17,974 bases of DNA from Myxococcota bacterium (GTDB lineage: Bacteria > Myxococcota > JACRCW01): contig JBFMGU010000195.1 in assembly GCA_040752415.1 (NCBI GenBank), positions 1-17,974 of the forward strand. The letters run 5' to 3'. The notes under the pieces are model-generated. The model was not told the DNA's origin. It ran no database searches and was given only the letters and a program-made list of their open reading frames with translations. Below, in pieces: positions 16,517 through 17,974 of this stretch (position 1 is the stretch's first letter; each line of letters starts with the position of its first letter). The translations under genes and the position numbers were made by a program.

Positions 16517-17011
16517 TCAGAGCTTGGTGAGCGTCAGGCGCATGACCTCCTTGCCCGGGTCGTCGCTCTCGGTGCGGACGTAGACCACGCTGCCGGCCTC
16601 GCTCAGGGTCACCGTGCAGTCCTCGTCCGCACCGCCGGGATGGCTGCAGCTTCCCTCCACCGCGCCAAAGACCACGTCGTCACCGGCGGCATTCAGCGTG
16701 CCCAGGCGGAAGTCCACGTCCTGCGCGCCCTCGCGGAAGTCCACCGTGAGCTTGAAGCGGTCGCCCACGTTGTACGTGCCAGACGGGCTCTTCCACCACA
16801 GCGCGGTGGCGTCGTCGATGGGGCAGTGCGTGGCGCTGAAGGCCTGCCCAAGCGGGATCTCCAGCGCGGTGTCCTTGCTGATGTTCGTCGGGGCGCTGTC
16901 GCAGCTCGCCTCGGCGGGGCCGCCCAGCAGACCGTCCAGCGGGCCCGCTTGACCGCACGCGGCAGAGATGAGGGCCAGCAGCGAGATCATGGAAGCAATG
17001 GAATTCTTCAT
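16517..17011 (-). CDS. Hypothetical lipoprotein, beta-sandwich (PPC-like); paralog of 15934-16434
   Basis: Strong SD GAGGAGG; MKNSIASMISLLALISAAC lipobox; four conserved Cys shared with its neighbour. Confidence 0.85.
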   Translation of the reverse strand: MKNSIASMISLLALISAACGQAGPLDGLLGGPAEASCDSAPTNISKDTALEIPLGQAFSATHCPIDDATALWWKSPSGTYNVGDRFKLTVDFREGAQDVDFRLGTLNAAGDDVVFGAVEGSCSHPGGADEDCTVTLSEAGSVVYVRTESDDPGKEVMRLTLTKL

Positions 17012-17303
17012 GGTTCCTCCTCGTCACAATGTGCAGCCAAGCCGGTGGCAGGGCTGCGCCAGGGCGGCGCGCACACAGGTGCCCGACGCGGTTGTCGCGT
17101 TTCACCGTCGACGCCGTCACCAGGAGGGCGCCGCGGCGAGCAGGCACCATCGCAATCCGCGCGCCAGCACCTCTGCGCGCAGGGCGTGAGTCGCAAAACC
17201 CCGTGTGAAACCAGGGAGAAATGCGGGTGCTGGTTGCGCGGCAATGGAGCGCGGACGCACGTTCACAGCGTGGTGCGTTCCTCACGCGCGGCTGTGGTTC
17301 GTT

Positions 17304-17315
17304 TTCACATGTGAA
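17304..17315. promoter_or_regulatory. Perfect 12-bp palindrome TTCACATGTGAA, candidate operator
   Basis: AT-rich perfect dyad in the intergenic region between divergent genes. Confidence 0.35.
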
Positions 17316-17601
17316 GCGGGTGCCACCGTGTTGCGCGTGCGCCACAGGGATTTGGCACACGCTTCCCGGTGACGGGAGGGTGTCACGGCTGCTCGCAGGG
17401 CATGAACTGGCCTCTAGCGTCGTAGCTGTCGGTGCCTTGGTACTCCGCGTCGCATACCCACGTCCCGCCGCCGGACGAACCGTTGCCGCTGGACGTGGAA
17501 CTGTTGGTCCCTCCGCAGCCTGCTCGTGCCTCCAGGGGTGTGGTAGTCCTTGTGTCGCTGTCAGTCGCGACCAGCTTCATCATTTCCAGCCGGGGGCACA
17601 T

Positions 17602-17974
17602 TTGGCCGCTTTCTTTGGGTTACGTGGGCGGAACTGCACCTTGTTGCTCACGCTTGCGCTCGGGTGCTCCGGCCCGGACTCTGGTCCAACGCTGACGCAC
17701 CGTGGTGCGGTCAATCCCCCCTCGGCAACAGACCAACAACGTCCCCGGTCTCCCCGTCCCGGCCTGTCCGACGAAGTGTTGCGCCCAGCAGAAGGCATCA
17801 GCTTCACGGTTCTCAGCACCGGCTGCGCCCCCGCGGACGAGGGCCTCCCGTGCGACGACGGGCTGGATTGCACCATCAATGACCGCTGCGCCATGGGCAC
17901 CTGCGCGGGCACGTCTCGCAGCTGCGACGACAGCAATCCATGCACCACTGGTACCTGCATCGAGGACCCGTGGC
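17602..17974 (+). CDS. Cys-rich repeat lipoprotein (Dictyostelium CTDC / myxobacterial CDDGxxCT repeats), 3'-truncated by the window
   Basis: My translation of frame +1, absent from the track because it has no stop: (M)AAFFGLRGRNCTLLLTLALGCSGPDS...GCAPADEGLPCDDGLDCTINDRCAMGTCAGTSRSCDDSNPCTTGTCIEDPW. The TTG start at 17602 is tentative. Confidence 0.8.
   Translation, partial: MAAFFGLRGRNCTLLLTLALGCSGPDSGPTLTHRGAVNPPSATDQQRPRSPRPGLSDEVLRPAEGISFTVLSTGCAPADEGLPCDDGLDCTINDRCAMGTCAGTSRSCDDSNPCTTGTCIEDPW

Noticed and set aside
17185..17230. Possible c-di-GMP-I (GEMM) riboswitch (GCAAAA...GAAA...GGG)
   Set aside because: Lacks the conserved GACGCAAAG junction and a convincing second stem; an Rfam scan would be decisive.
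17311..17367. Sigma54 promoters at the two TGGCAC motifs
   Set aside because: Neither has GC at the -12 position (TGGCACACGCTTCCC; TGGCACCCGCTTCAC); they are better explained as arms of an inverted repeat.

Overview
High-GC, gene-dense bacterial chromosomal segment. The gene repertoire (PEGA repeats, a DUF6982-like protein, Cys-rich repeat proteins, many lipoproteins) suggests Myxococcota/deltaproteobacteria; this is an inference. About 20 CDS are supported. On the + strand: a partial PEGA-repeat protein, a CxxC-repeat protein, a TPR lipoprotein, an SDR, an FAD-oxidoreductase-like protein, a lipoprotein, a CoxD-type MoxR ATPase and a small Zn-ribbon protein. A convergent - strand operon follows (SPOR lipoprotein, long CDP-alcohol phosphatidyltransferase, lipoprotein). 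Then come a small coiled-coil protein, a DUF6982-like protein, a short LeuA-family synthase, an LRR lipoprotein, a secreted hypothetical, two tandem paralogous lipoproteins, and the 5' end of a Cys-rich repeat lipoprotein that the ORF track misses. I saw no rRNA, tRNA, CRISPR array, transposase or integrase. The most striking non-coding signal is a ~390-bp nested inverted repeat at 3373-3760, with heptamer-repeat termini and a 54/56 inner arm pair (REPIN/MITE-like). The most interesting proteins are the Zn-ribbon protein with a PcrA/UvrD-type Tudor-like C-terminus, the internally duplicated PgsA-like enzyme, and the period-3 cysteine protein. The sequence alone does not demonstrate a complete novel multi-gene system. 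All family assignments are from motif recognition, not database searches.
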